From Ascidiella aspersa (lineage: Eukaryota): a stretch of DNA of 64,000 bases. Of this stretch, positions 27,701-40,397 are shown piece by piece; the stretch's first letter is position 1, and each line of letters starts with the position of its first letter. Below the pieces are notes generated by a model, which saw only the letters and a list, made by a program, of their open reading frames with translations, made no database searches and was not told the origin of the DNA. Location: positions 12,028,001 through 12,092,000 of the forward strand of contig OZ004607.1 of the NCBI GenBank assembly GCA_963924565.1, read 5' to 3'. Both the position numbers and the translations under genes were made by a program.

Positions 27701-30700
27701 TTGACGTCACGAATAGCAGGCTTGACCGGACGCCAGCTTAATGGAGCCTTTGGATTTATCCTTCCCGTGCGACTCTCTTCCTTCAAATAAGGCCTGCGAC
27801 CAAATGAGATTCTTATTCATCCGATCCTAGATTGCTATCAGTTCGAATTGGACACATAACTGACATTCGTGTTTAAGCCATGGTTTGTTACCTAAGGCAT
27901 CATTTTTATATTAGGCCTTTTGTGAAAAATGGATTTCTCAAAACCAGTTAATGTACATTTAATAGTACATACGATCCGTATACCGCTAAAGCTGATTCAT
28001 GCAATTAATCATAAGAACTACCTTAAACTTGCTTTAAGGTAAGTTAGATTTAGAAGCATTTCAAAACAAAGCAAAACAAATTGTTGACAAATACGGAGTT
28101 GTTGCGTGAAATGTTGGACCGATGCAAACACGTTTCTTTCTTTTTCGTTGGGTTTATTTGGGGAAATAAAACTAACCTGCGCCGTCATCACTACACAAAA
28201 AGAAGTTTACAACAACTTCGTAAAGGCACTTACTTTTGATTGCACCCGTCGCCCTGGCAACATGACCGGCACACGCTGGGCGGCAAGTTGGCGTTTCGGG
28301 GAATCACCTCCCGTTGGATGACGCTGACTGCTGCCGGTTGGCATTGGCGGTAGTTCTGTGAAACATTTGGAAGTAAAATTCCAGCAAATTATAAGTAAAT
28401 TTAAGGTTGGGTTACACCTTTAAAGTTAGACAAATAAGCTTTTTCACCGACAGCTCTTTAAATTTCAGTAAGTGACCATTCCCTCTTTGAACGGGAATCG
28501 TGGGACATTTTTTCCAACTCTAGCTTTTGCGACGGCGATTTGTTTCAGCACTTTACTTCCAATTTTGTCAGATATTTGTCTATGTTAGTATATCATACCC
28601 GTCATATAAAGAGAGCGATCGGCAAAAATTGTCAGACGGCTGAAAGTAAAACCGGATGCTTTTAATAAATCTGCGGCCGGGTCACCTTGATGTACTTATA
28701 AGGCCAGAGGTCTAATGCGTCCAATAACACATTCTTCTTTTGAAAACTCGAGCTTTCATTTATGTTGCGAGATTGTGTTGTGAGTCGTGTCGCTTTGCTA
28801 CTAAAGACGCAATTTAACTTTAGCGCCAAAATGTTTAGGTATTTATATCAGACACAAACCAAATTCGTCAAAAACGCCTTAGGGAATGAAATGCGAAAAT
28901 TATATAAAATAAGTTCCTGGCAAAAACATCAGTTTTTACAAGGAAGGGCGACTAAAATTTTAACGCATTTAACAAACGTTGGACTGGAAGACCAGATATG
29001 CATATAAACTGGGCTTAGCTTTGCATGATACCATATTTATGCAATTGTGTTTGCCCTCGTGATTTTGTACTTTTGCGCAGATAAACGATTTATATTGCGT
29101 GTGACGTACAACAAAATTGGCATATGTCCAAAAACAAGGAAATCAATGATAATATCAATTGCAGCTGCATTGTGGGGATTTCCGAGCTACATCAAATTGT
29201 TGCGATTATAAAATCTGTGCAAAAAGGATTACGTGCCACAACAAAATATGGTGCAATACCGCCGCCAAATGTTAATAAGCATGTAATTAACGTCATGTTG
29301 GTTATTGAGTCACATCACGTTTATCTTTATTGGCAATCAAAAGCAAAACATCGCGGAATTGGGCCAAAAAATAAATGGAAGCCCTCATATTAAATGAAAA
29401 ACTTATTCCCATCACGGCATTTAAACTGCTGAAAGCAGTGCACGTTGTTGAACCAGTAGCTATCTCCTATGTATGGGTTGAATAGAAAAATTGCCGTAAT
29501 TTAGATTGATGATGCATAATAATAATTCGACGATGCCTTGTAACACAACAACTTGAATTGGGAACTTTATTCGAGCGAATTTCAATACTTGGTATCGCAT
29601 TAACTTTTTTGTCGTGTTCATTGCAGAAAACAAGCGAAAACAAGCTGCTTAACAAGTAGCTTATTTACTAGTTACGAAGTGTACAAATAATAGTTGCTCC
29701 TTGGCGCAACACGAAATCAAGGCCGGGCATAAGACGAAATTAAGAGACTTTTTGAAAAAAACGATTAAATAATCGAATTACCAGTTTGATCGCACGAACG
29801 CAAATACCTCGTATCGACATAACATATCCTTTGAGTCTGCACTAATCAATAGCAGAAAAGTGCATAACATGATCAAGTGCGACTTGAATGACGTCGATAC
29901 TGATGGATTATTGAATCCTACGAGAATGTCTGGACAAGAAAAATAGTTGGTCTATTCAAGTTGTTTCGTGGTAAAACGTTTCGTTTTTTTTGGGCGTCAG
30001 CGGGTAAAGTCGTTTGCTTTTGTTTACCGTATTTGGATGCGTACAAGAGAGGTCGAGTTAAATTTCCTCACAAACGTGCCCTATAGAAATGCCAAGGTTA
30101 AGTTTGAACTTTCTTCGTGCGTAAAGGATTTGCGGTCAGCGGCTAAACAGCCATGTTGCCATCGGATTTGCTTGCACAAAAGCTGGTGTGGTTTTATTGG
30201 GATGTAAACCGAGTTCATTTAACCTTACAAGGTATAATGCAAAGTCGGCGAAACTTGCCACAGTGCTTTGTTACATTTGTTTACAAAAAAACGCGTTTAT
30301 TTAATAATTTTAAATCGCAGTTCTACACCGAACGACTTTTCGCAGCGCAATAAACAAGTAATTTACGCAATTTATGTCGTGAAAAACGGGGTAGGATAAA
30401 AAGAAACAGAAAAACAACCGCTTATAATTTAACCTGTCTGCTGCTGGACCGGCACGCCTCGAACTGTTGACAGGCCTTGGAGATTCGCAAGAGTCCGTTC
30501 TCCATCCGTACCACGTTCTGGCAGCCGTCGGCGCCGCTCGGACACTTTCGGAGTTGAGTGCACTCGGCGTTCGACTTTGCGTCGTTGCAAACGTAACATC
30601 GCAGCCCTGAAAGCGGAAAGCGGAAGCTTAATAAGGATCGGGGTACATATGACATATATAACGGCTTTTCAGTTTCGTTTCCTCGAACCACGTATAGCGG

Positions 30701-31392
30701 GTCAAATCGTATGGCTATAGGAATAATATGATTGAGGCCCAAATAACGGGGACCTGTACCGCACTTTCGCCTTATAACGAAACAGAGTAACAAAGCTGGC
30801 GATCGAAACAAAACGTAATTTATATTATAAATTTCATAGTACCAAAATTACATTCTACAGAAAACATCACATTTCGACGTTTTAAGTTGTTACAAGAGAA
30901 AAATCATTAAAAAATTATAAATCTAGTTAATTTTAACTTATCAATCAAAATATAAATTAAATTTTGGCAATTTATTTCTGTGCGTTTCACTCGCATAAGC
31001 ATCGAACAATTGACATAAATAATAATTACGGTTGGTAAATGTATGGCGTAAATACGTCCTCCTTGGCAATATGAAATGATGCTGTCACAAACGAGTGTTA
31101 AACAAGTGAGGGGGGAGGGAGAATCACCAACGCTCTAAAATTCTAATGAATGGGTATTTTGGTCGAAACCACTTGGCTTACATCAGATTACAAGTCAAAG
31201 TGAGTTATTCTAAGAACGGCGTTTTGCAGCAATACTTTTCATTTTTTTAAGGCAAGCTTGTAAAACAAGCAGAGTTGCTAGTATAGCAATAACAATAGGA
31301 ACACAGTTGTTATACAAAAACTCCTTACCGTAACTCGAACTTGCAAAGGCGCCAACAATTGCCAAGAGCGATAAAACTTTTTTAACGCTCAT
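12795..31392 (-). CDS. Secreted mosaic protein, ~1098 aa: signal peptide, Ly6/uPAR (LU), 3x FN3, LU, 2x sushi/CCP, EGF, 2x CCP, vWA, acidic Pro-rich tail
   Basis: 23 frame-consistent exons, all introns GT-AG: 31392-31329, 30606-30434, 28355-28234, 27793-27657, 26671-26491, 25248-25181, 24553-24433, 24054-23873, 22872-22723, 21657-21523, 20967-20768, 20408-20347, 20180-20071, 19821-19642, 18772-18596, 17550-17443, 17233-17051, 16507-16366, 15626-15485, 14848-14695, 14153-13993, 13434-13250, 12954-12795 (total 3297 nt). Motifs: MSVKKVLSLLAIVGAFASSSYG (signal peptide); LRCYVC...CCQGDGCN and RCYGC...CCEGDLCN (LU); GLSAGNPY, DLMPSTEY, GLTPRTVY (FN3); C-C-W-C (CCP); DDCQPDPCIHGTCNDLINDYECECTPGWRGKIC (EGF); DLLFLLDSSSSV...GTLTG...ITDG (vWA). 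Confidence 0.9.
13250..15626 (-). other. vWA domain exons of the mosaic protein, with intact MIDAS
   Basis: DxSxS (DSSSS), T in GTLTG and D in ITDG are all present. Confidence 0.9.
13780..13853 (+). repeat. Short tandem duplication (~31-37 bp units)
   Basis: ctaaaccgttaaac(a/g)gacaccttgtga twice, plus a partial third copy. Confidence 0.8.
16366..19821 (-). other. CCP-CCP-EGF-CCP-CCP exons of the mosaic protein
   Basis: Sushi Cys/Trp pattern in four exons; one Ca-binding-type EGF exon at 17550-17443; phase-1 domain boundaries. Confidence 0.9.
22987..23291. mobile_element. hAT (Charlie-like) MITE in an intron
   Basis: TIR CAGTTCTTCCCAACC / GGTTGGGAAGCACTG; TSD gtgtaaag/gtgtaaaa. Confidence 0.85.
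23522..23775. mobile_element. hAT-type MITE in an intron
   Basis: TIR CAGAGGCGTAGCTAGGG / CCCTGGCTACGCCTCTG; internal GGGGCGCC motifs; TSD not clean. Confidence 0.8.
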
Positions 31393-31751
31393 CGCAAATA
31401 ATTTTCGTTCGCTATATTTCTAATTGGAATGTCTAGTAACTGAACATATACAACTAGATTAATTGAATGACAGTAAACGAAATATTTGTCAAAAATGCGA
31501 TTTTCGCACAGATGTTTAAATCTAACGAGTAAAATAAACTAACGATTCCACGAAGTTTAACGTCGAGGAAATTCGATCAAAACATACTAAAAATAATCTA
31601 AAACAAGCCCACAGGTAAATCGTTGCCTGTCGCTCAAAACCTGTCCTTCTAGTTTTATTTCGCCTATCCTAATAAGCTCCCTGAAACCAAATGGTTTTTG
31701 GTTCGACCCGTCCAATTGCCTAATACAGATCTAATTGCACCTTAACGGGTG

Positions 31752-31759
31752 TATTTATA
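31752..31759 (-). promoter_or_regulatory. Candidate TATA box (TATAAATA) of the mosaic-protein gene
   Basis: Correct orientation, ~360 nt upstream of the ATG; AG acceptors at ~31420 and ~31411 just before the ATG. Confidence 0.4.
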
Positions 31760-33552
31760 ATTTTTTCCCAGAAGTGCGAGAGAACTGCTTATCTGGTTGC
31801 CTTTTTTCTTGCCATTCTCTTGTCGCGAAAGTGACATTCACCGAAACAAATGGAATAAATCGCCCGAAATTTAGAAATGGCTATTAAAATGTGAGTTTGT
31901 TTGTCGTTGCCTTAGGCAGAAAAACAAAATTCTTTAACCTGTTTGTAAACAGGATGCAAACTTGCTGGAGCACTTCATCGTAAACCAATTATCGATTGGT
32001 TACAAATTAGGGTGCGTGTAACGAGAGCGATTATGGAACTGATTCCTCATATGGTGCCTGTCATGGCGCTACACGAAAACCGATTATTTTACAAATAGGG
32101 TTTAAAAGTTTAAATTCTTGGTGGTTTGCCAAAAGGGGTTCACGTTTTGTAGTAATTTTATAAAAACTTTACAGTGGTTTCGGGGAAGTTAATATTCTCT
32201 GAGTCCCATTTTCGAATTTTGAAAGAAATATTTAATGTCCAGGCGCCTTTAAATCACGAATATTTCCTGAGGTCAGAAAATATTTTTTTTTAATATCAGA
32301 AAGGGTAAATAAAGGTCACGCAACATAAATATTATCATTTGAATGTTACCTAATTAATTTACATAATAAAATATTATTTTACAAATAGTAACCTACAGCC
32401 TATAATGACAACCAAATGGAGAAGGACTTCAATAACAAAGCTGTTTTTGGAAACAGCATTATTTTTGAGAAAAAGCAAAATTATCAAACAGGAATAACCC
32501 GATGTGTAACACAGACTCTAACTTTCAAACAAAAGCAGTTCGAAAGAATGTCTGTTTATTGCGACTGGGCAGGATTTGTAGATCGTCATGTGTGGTCTTG
32601 ACAAACCGGATTTTAAAAACTCAGTTTTGTGCCACACGCATTTCCGAAGTTAACAATATACGATAATCAAGATCGTGATGTTGTTGAATCGGGCTCGAGT
32701 ATTTTTTTCGCGTCTGAAACTTTAATTTGTATTGGTAAATAAATAAATTCAAAACGACTATCGGATATTTGAGACAAACGTTTCTCGTACAAGATCAAAT
32801 TTAACATCGGCTATTTCTGAAGTTCGCAGAATGATCGCTATTCTCAAAAGTCTTTAAAATTTAAATGAAGCCTAGCCATAGACAGCCCCTTGACTTATGT
32901 GGTATTTTTAATGACACTTATCGATTCGTCCACAACGTGATATGCACAACACAATATTTGTTGGCATGACATCCTGATATTCGTAAAACCGAGCATACCC
33001 TGATTTAACCCAGGGTATTTTTGTCTCATTTAGTGCAATTTTATATGTGAAGGCCAACGCGGCACGATCACGTGGGGCGTGTGCAAAGCAGCGCAACAAT
33101 TGCGCAAGTGGCATTCGCTTTTTTCGGGTTATTGGGCTCTTAAATGTATTATCGGTAACTTTTTAGAGACCGGGTAATATCCAAAATTTATTGAAATAAG
33201 AACGGTACAAATAATTTTTTCACGTGCAACTTTTGCCTTACATTTAACAAAAGTAGAAAACTGTTTTAAGCTTTCAACTACAAATTTTAACAAAATACTT
33301 AACAGTTGGAATGTCCGATAATATCGGATCGAAGCCGATACCTGATACCAAGTGTAAAATCGGTACTCGTCCGATACTCGATACCAGGATGGTATCGGCC
33401 CCCATATTAACAACGGAAGATAGCTAAACCACTTTACACTAAAGCAATTTTTGGCCAAATAACCTGAAAAAAAATCTTTGAACATTATCATTTTATCTAT
33501 TTTTCTTGCTTGAGCATAGCAATGATGTCATTGGTGTTCGTTTTGTCTAAAA

Positions 33553-33889
33553 CAGGGGTTATTTAACTGGGGTCCATGGACCCCTTGGGGGTACGTGGAC
33601 TAGTTTTAGGGGTCCATGAAGGCCTAATTCAACTATTAGCGTATATTTAGGGAATAATGTTTTCAACCAAATAGGTAGGCTATATTAAAAAAAAAACGTT
33701 TTTGCACTAAATATATTTAGACTTTATTTCATTTCACATATTTAGGACAGTAAATAGCAAATTTTTGAAGTCTGTTTATTTTATGACGTAAATTTATGAC
33801 GTCATCTTTAAAAATGTCTTTCCTACACTGGTCCATGCAAAGCAAAAAAAATATAGGGGTCCGCGGTAAAATAGTTTAAGAACCCCCTG
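33553..33889. mobile_element. hAT (Charlie-like) MITE
   Basis: CAGGGGTT...AACCCCCTG ends; GGGGTCC subterminal repeats; gtctaaaa duplicated on both sides. Confidence 0.8.
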
Positions 33890-33944
33890 TCTAAAACATC
33901 GGGTATCGGATTAAAAGCAAGGTAATGGACAGCCCCTTTAACAG

Positions 33945-34323
33945 CAGGGCTGGAGTCGGAGTCGGACTCGGGACTCGAGTGTGACCACGTAAAACTATTC
34001 GAGCCCAGAGTCCGCCGTGCGCATTCGCAGTACCAAATTTTAAAACTGATTTGACGCGTACGAGAGAGGTCGAACAAATGTAAATTGTAAAGGCGGAATA
34101 GCATTTGGTGGATTTTTCTAACTATGTAATGTGAGTGGATGAATTATATGACACCCCTGTCCCCTATATGTGGATTGCTAAATATTCACCGTATTTAGTT
34201 ACGTAAATTGGCGGAATACAGGTTGTACAGTCAGAACCGGACTCGAGACTCGACGAAATCGCACATTTAGCCGGAGTCTGACTCGGAAGTCGGTTCGGGT
34301 TATTTTAACCGATCCCAGCCCTG
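33945..34323. mobile_element. MITE with GGAGTCGG repeats, same family as 5824-6197
   Basis: TIR CAGGGCTGG/CCAGCCCTG; TSD tttaacag/gttaacag. Confidence 0.8.
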
Positions 34324-34444
34324 GTTAACAGCATTGCAAAATTGCGAGTAATTGGGCCTAATTTTCTGCATGACGTCAGTAACATAAAATGCTTAAAATT
34401 AACATTAAATAAAAAAATAGTTTTTAAACAGAAAAACATATAGC

Positions 34445-34887
34445 AAGGAAAAACAATATCGGACATTTAATTGGAACACACAATAATACCTATAAAGCAA
34501 CAATACCGAAAGCAGAAAATGCTATAATACAATAGTATCAAGACCAACGACATAATAAAGCCAAATACGCGATAATAACCCCGACAGAATAAGACATTTG
34601 GGCGCCCTAGTTTGAACGGTGCCGTTAGAGCGCAGCTGTTTTGGCATCGGATTGTTGAGCCCTGTTTGGGGATAGTGGTGGGCAATGGGCGGGGTTAGAT
34701 AATAGGTGAGGACTGAAATTTTTAGGGCAGTTAGTGATGTATTTAGGGGTATGGGTTGCGGTTAGGTAAAATGCTGTATAGGCCTGATTATGGCCATTTA
34801 GGTCCTATTCCGACGGATTTAGGACGTATTTTGATTTATATGTTATTACGACAATTGTGTATGTCCTATTTTGGTCTTGTTCCGAAC
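34445..34887. mobile_element. Degenerate MITE, same family as 6218-6742
   Basis: Shared 3' part: GGCCATTTAGG.C.TA.TC.GA.G.ATTTAGG...TATTTTGATTTA...CCTATTTTGGTCTT.TTCCGAAC. Confidence 0.55.
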
Positions 34888-35726
34888 TGTGTTTTTCTAT
34901 GCGAGCGAGTTAAAATCACCCAACTTGCAATTTTTTGCAGCACCCTTTCATCAGTTATATTGGCCAAATTTTAACGTTATGGATTCATTTACATAGAAAG
35001 CAAACTGGATCCAAGAATATCTACGAATGAAGCGAATGACAGCAAAAAAATCCTGAAGGGTTAATTACAGCTTGGGATACTGGAGCCAAGCAAAATTAAG
35101 GCAAAATGCATATTTGAATTGCAAAACTCATTGTTCCCCTTTTAATATCTATGTATATTGCTTCGTGTTGCCCAAGTCATTTCCTGCAACTATAATAGCC
35201 AACCACGTGTGGATATACAACCATCTTCTAGGTTCGTGAAATAGTAAAATAAAAATTCGAACGCACTTGGCATTGCATCGCGCTGTGTTAGCAATTTACG
35301 TCAATACATCGCGCGGTCGTGATGCGGTGATGATTGCGGCGTGTCGCCGTCCATAATTGCTTCGACATGGGCTGCGTCGCGCGCCACAATTAAGCTCGGC
35401 TTCCAATCGGCATTATCTTTAACTCGCGTTGAAACGTATTGGTTAACGTCCAGTAAATTTCCAGAACTGCAAGTAAAAACAAAGCGATCGTGACAGGCGT
35501 TTGGCGAGAGTTAAGCAATCAGTCGTTTCAAGAACCAGCCCAAAGCGGTGTAATTACTATAGCGTCGCGCAGCGCCCTTTAAACCCGATGTGACCTGTCG
35601 CAGTTTTGGCAGCGCAGCAAATTGCAACCCTCAAAATTTAGGGGAAATGAATTGCGATGGTAGTGGAAACTTTTTGTCACCAACTTAAGGCCACCCTTTA
35701 TTTATATTCCTGATTTTAACGGCTAC

Positions 35727-35933
35727 AGCAGAGGGTTCCTAAGGGTTGCCGTGACACAATGAATTTTAGCTCTCTCGATTCAACCCTTTGTGCAAGATTA
35801 AAGTACAATAAAGCAAATTATATTTTCCCATATTGTGTTTATTGTGACACTAATGTAAATCAAATTTTAAGAGTGCCGCGACATTTTTGTTATTTCTAAG
35901 GGTGCCATAAGCCATGAATGTTGAGAATCACTT
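35727..35933. mobile_element. Decayed hAT (Charlie-like) MITE
   Basis: cagagggttcc...gttgagaatcacttg ends with GTGCC/TTGCC subterminal motifs. Confidence 0.45.
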
Positions 35934-38900
35934 GTTGAACGGCATAAAACGGGGGATCATCCATAAAAGCTTATGAAGTATTAACCAGTTAACAAAATAT
36001 ACCGGAACGTTTTTTTGTCTATTTACTGCAAATAGAATGCCGAAAGAAATACTTTAATTTACAAAGAATCAAGAATAAAAAAAAATTATCAGTTTGCTTA
36101 TGATTATTTATACCCCAAAACAGAACACGCCACAGTAGTTTTTTTTTATAGCATACCACCCTACGTCAATAGAAATCATCAGCAATAACAATGACGACCA
36201 CATTTCCATAGCGTTTTGGTGTGTGTTCATAAAAGCGCAGTTCCCTTGCAAAGTCGGCATTCGGCTGATGAAAATAATAATAATTCGAGTGGAAAAAGTC
36301 CTCAGTCCAAATCATCGTCTAATGACGTGCATCGGGGCGACTGCAAAGTCACATTGCCCGCTATTTGAATGCAAGTTTTCTGCTTTTTTATTTCGTCAAA
36401 CCGGCGACCGACGCTAACGGCTGGCATCGTGCCACTTCCCCAAAACGTGATTGCGGTATGTCACCATGGCGACGCGCGAATAACGTTGTGACGTCACTGT
36501 CATGAGGGTCTTTCCGGTTCAAGTGTCATAAAATAATCTGCCTGCACGCTGTTTGTTTTCTGAGTTGAACGCTGTTTGTTTTATGCGCCTCATACCCTCA
36601 TGTGGAATTTATGGCTTGTTGCTTTTTCTCAACGAATCTTTACAAAAACACTATATTTTATTTTTAATTAACAAGGAAAACTAGTAATGCTACATGGTCT
36701 GTTAATATTAAAATTCGCAAACAGACATCAATTTTTACTACCAAAACAGAATATCTGAAATCTATTGAGCAAATTTTATTCGCTTTTAATGTAAGTCGGA
36801 GTTACAAAGGTTCAAGCGAGTTGGGAAGATCATCAACATGATTAACCTTTGAAAAAGTTTAATTGGCAAGATTCGAGCAGTTTTCAGGCAAGCATTAAGC
36901 ATTATCGTACGCCATTTAATCGACGACTTCCGTTCCCAATTATCCTAGGCATTCGTGACATTTGCTTAACCCTAACCGAAGATTTTTAACTGCACTTTTC
37001 AAATTCGATTTTTTAATATCTGTCAAACAATAAATAAGTACAGTTATCCTGGCGATAAAAAGGTTTTAAACAGCGCGTGACGACAAAATAGTCAGACGGC
37101 TCACCCTTTTTCAGGCGACCGTATTTTTAAATAGGAACTTGTGGCGTAGACATTATCGTTCAATATATTTTAAATCCATCGTAATAAATCATTTGGTGTA
37201 CTCAAGTTTAAAAATTCGAAAAGTTTTTCAGTTTGCGAAACCTACTAATTTTACTAATACCCCTGCTCAAATATTATGCTTTGTTTTTAAATAATTTGCG
37301 GATTTTATTTTTTTTTATCATTTTACTTAAATTGTTATTACTAAATGTTTTGTTTGTTTTGGTAGGTTTTGTTTTTTGACAACTAAACTAGGGTTAATTT
37401 TGAGCATGCGCAAAAAATTAATAACCAAAAAACTTGAATCATGAGCGGTAATTAATTTATATTTCGTGCTAATGTTTCTTTTTGCGCCAGCTTGGTTGGG
37501 TTTGTCCTAAACATTATCGTGTGTTTAATTTATTTAATCGCTAAAAGAAAAATATTTGTGGTCTTTGGGTGAAAATGTTGGCAGAGAAAATTTCGATTGA
37601 ATGCACGAAAACTCTGCAGTTAGTCATTTTAGGCCATTCTTCTAAGTACATAATAAATTTATCCTCACATTATACACCAAAGTTCGACCTTAAAAGCGCT
37701 TTTGCATAGCAATAGATAAACCTGTGAGCCACGTTAAATAAAATAATTTATTCCAGAGAACTTACAAAAATACATTTGTGGTAATGAAAATGACTGTAAG
37801 TCAAAAGTTAGCGTAAACTTATGAATAAATGACTCTGTACTAAGACGCCACAATGACTTTGTACGTTGCTCCTTTTTGAAGCCATTTTCGTCATTTACGT
37901 GTAACGGCCAGGAGATGTCTTTCTATTTTACAAATTGAGTTTGTCATTGGTAGTTTAGTTGTGCTAAAATTTTAAATAGGCGAATAGTTAACTTCTATTA
38001 CGTGACCTTAACAGTTTTCATATCACTATTATTCACAAATCGAAAGTCGCAATGCCAGAGTGGTATCGTCGCCGAGTGACAGTCGGTTATCCCTTTTGGA
38101 GCGCCTTAATCGGGTTTAAACCAGTTTTACATTGCAAATCCTGGCACGGTCGCATTAATCTTGCTGAATTGTGACCGGACTTCGCTCAAAGTTCGTTCGG
38201 AATTTGTCCAGACAGGCGCGATTCCCCGCTATATGACGTTTATGAATGCCCGACGGTCGAGGAGCCCATTACATGACGTCAATCGACGTCCGCCAGCAAA
38301 TGAGAATAAATGAAGGTGCGAACGGGATGAGGTTTAGGTTAGTCTGAGAGTGGGTTGTTATTTTAAGCGCTCGTTAAATATTGGATTCTATTAGAAAGTA
38401 CTTACCGTTAGTTTGGGTTAATTTTTAGTCAGTCCGAAAGGTGCAGATTCAATTAACACCACGTACGGCTTACTATATCATAAATTGTCAATCGTTTTTA
38501 GCTTCGAGCTCCCAAAAGATTGCCAAAAAATCCTCATGGATTTTCCAAACAATACGAATATCATCGGTGCAGCTTAACATTTACTTTGCACAGACGGGAA
38601 CATGAGCCGTTCAAGTTCGCTTTGCCGCTTCTGGGCAACTAATACTTTAGGAATGTTAAGCGTGGTCGCGCGACACAAGTGCTCTGTAGTCTAGGTCAAT
38701 TTCGTTCCTCTCTCGCGGGTCATGACATCAGCAAAAAGCGACAACTTGCGTTTTAATGTGCTCGAAAATCGCCTTTCGCTCTCAATTGGTCTGCGGCCTA
38801 CGCTAACAAGTAACGCGGTCGAAGTTCTCCACTGGCGGCAGTTAACGAACGTCGCGGCCCTAAAAAAACACGAGTCAATCAAAATTTAGGAATTGCAGGA

Positions 38901-40077
38901 CGTTTATTGTGGCACGTACACCTTCCGACGTTTATGTAAGGTTTGGGCAGCAATAGTGACTCGAAAGTGCACTTACATGATATGTAATTGTTACAAGCTA
39001 CAGCGTTAATAGGTTTGGCCGAAGGTTTTTTCTATAACCAAACAGAAAAAGTTCTACATTGGTAAAGAAGTATAGTGTTAGTTAGCAAAAAAAGCCTGGA
39101 AAGGGTGGTTTTGCAAAAAAACATTACTTCGAATTGTTTTGTAACATTCAAGTGCCTCAGCATGGGCCTTGTGCAGGAAAATTTAATATAAATTCAAACT
39201 TGTGATTTCCAATACGAAAAACAAAGAGTTTCTAGCTGAAAAGCTGATGCGAACGCGGCAGTATTATCAGATATTTTTCTAAAATGTTAACAAACTGTAA
39301 CGATTGTTTCAGAATGAAGACATGTTCGATTAGATGCCAAGTCGTTGACAAAAAAAGTACATAAAAATAAAAATTAATTTATATTTTTTCCAAAATTTTG
39401 CCCAATTTTTTGTAAAGGTAACAACAAGAACAACGTCATACTCTTTTCCGCAACGAGGCGAGTTTAAAGGCATTGCAGTTCTCGTCGTTTTAAATAAAAA
39501 AGTGTTCGACGTGACCATGATAACTCGCCTATCACACACAAAAGTATTGTCGGTTCGCATCACATTCTCCAAAAAGTCTAACTTCCTCTTGGGCTTCGAA
39601 CTTTTGCCTTAGAAAAGCTAATTGGACACTTTTTACATAGCATGACTCATCGTTGGGGAAGGTCGGAAAAGTCGCCAGTGACCTCACTTGGACTTGGAAG
39701 GCTCGTTAACGGGGAAGCACCGCAAACAAGGTTCGCCTGAAGAGAGATAAATTTCCAAGATTAAAATGCCTTGTATTTACTCCTACATTGCTAAGCAGTT
39801 TGAAAGATAATTTTGCGCCGCGCCACATTATATTTCGAACATCATGATGACCACTTTTGGCAGTCACGCTTTTTATTGAAATTTGAGGAAAATAAACTAA
39901 ATTTTTAAAAGATTTTCGGACAATTTTTAAATAAAAAAGTCAGTCATTATTGGGACAAACAAATGTCTAATAAAAAGTTTGCTAAACCTAAGTAGCTTGT
40001 ACATTATTGTATAATTTACAAACGTTGAGAAGAATTGCTTTAAATACATCGTAAAGCGGAAAAAGAACATGGCTCAA

Positions 40078-40096
40078 CTACGCCATCTAGTGAACA
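40078..40096 (-). promoter_or_regulatory. CTCF-like motif
   Basis: Minus strand TGTTCACTAGATGGCGTAG resembles the CTCF core CCAC(C/T)AG(A/G)(G/T)GGCG. Confidence 0.45.
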
Positions 40097-40397
40097 ATTA
40101 GATTTTTAACATAATCAAAAAATCTGAAATAATCTCGCTTAAACTATCACACTATACCAAATTTGTCAAAAAATAACACAAGCAGTGCGAGATAATTTAA
40201 TTCAGAATCGTGGTAACTGTTTCACTTAATCTTTACATAAAAAACATCTTTAGAAAAAAACAGTAAATGCATTTTAAGATGAATGGCTTTACAACACAAT
40301 AGATTATAAAGCAGATATGCTAAAATTTATATTCTCCATGAAAATTTGATTTAACCCTTTTTTACCTTTTGTTAATTCTGTGTGCAAAAAACATCTG

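Noticed and set aside
28177-28190. 14-nt AG/GT-bounded micro-exon in the mosaic gene
   Set aside because: It would shift the frame; the flanking exons already join in phase 2.
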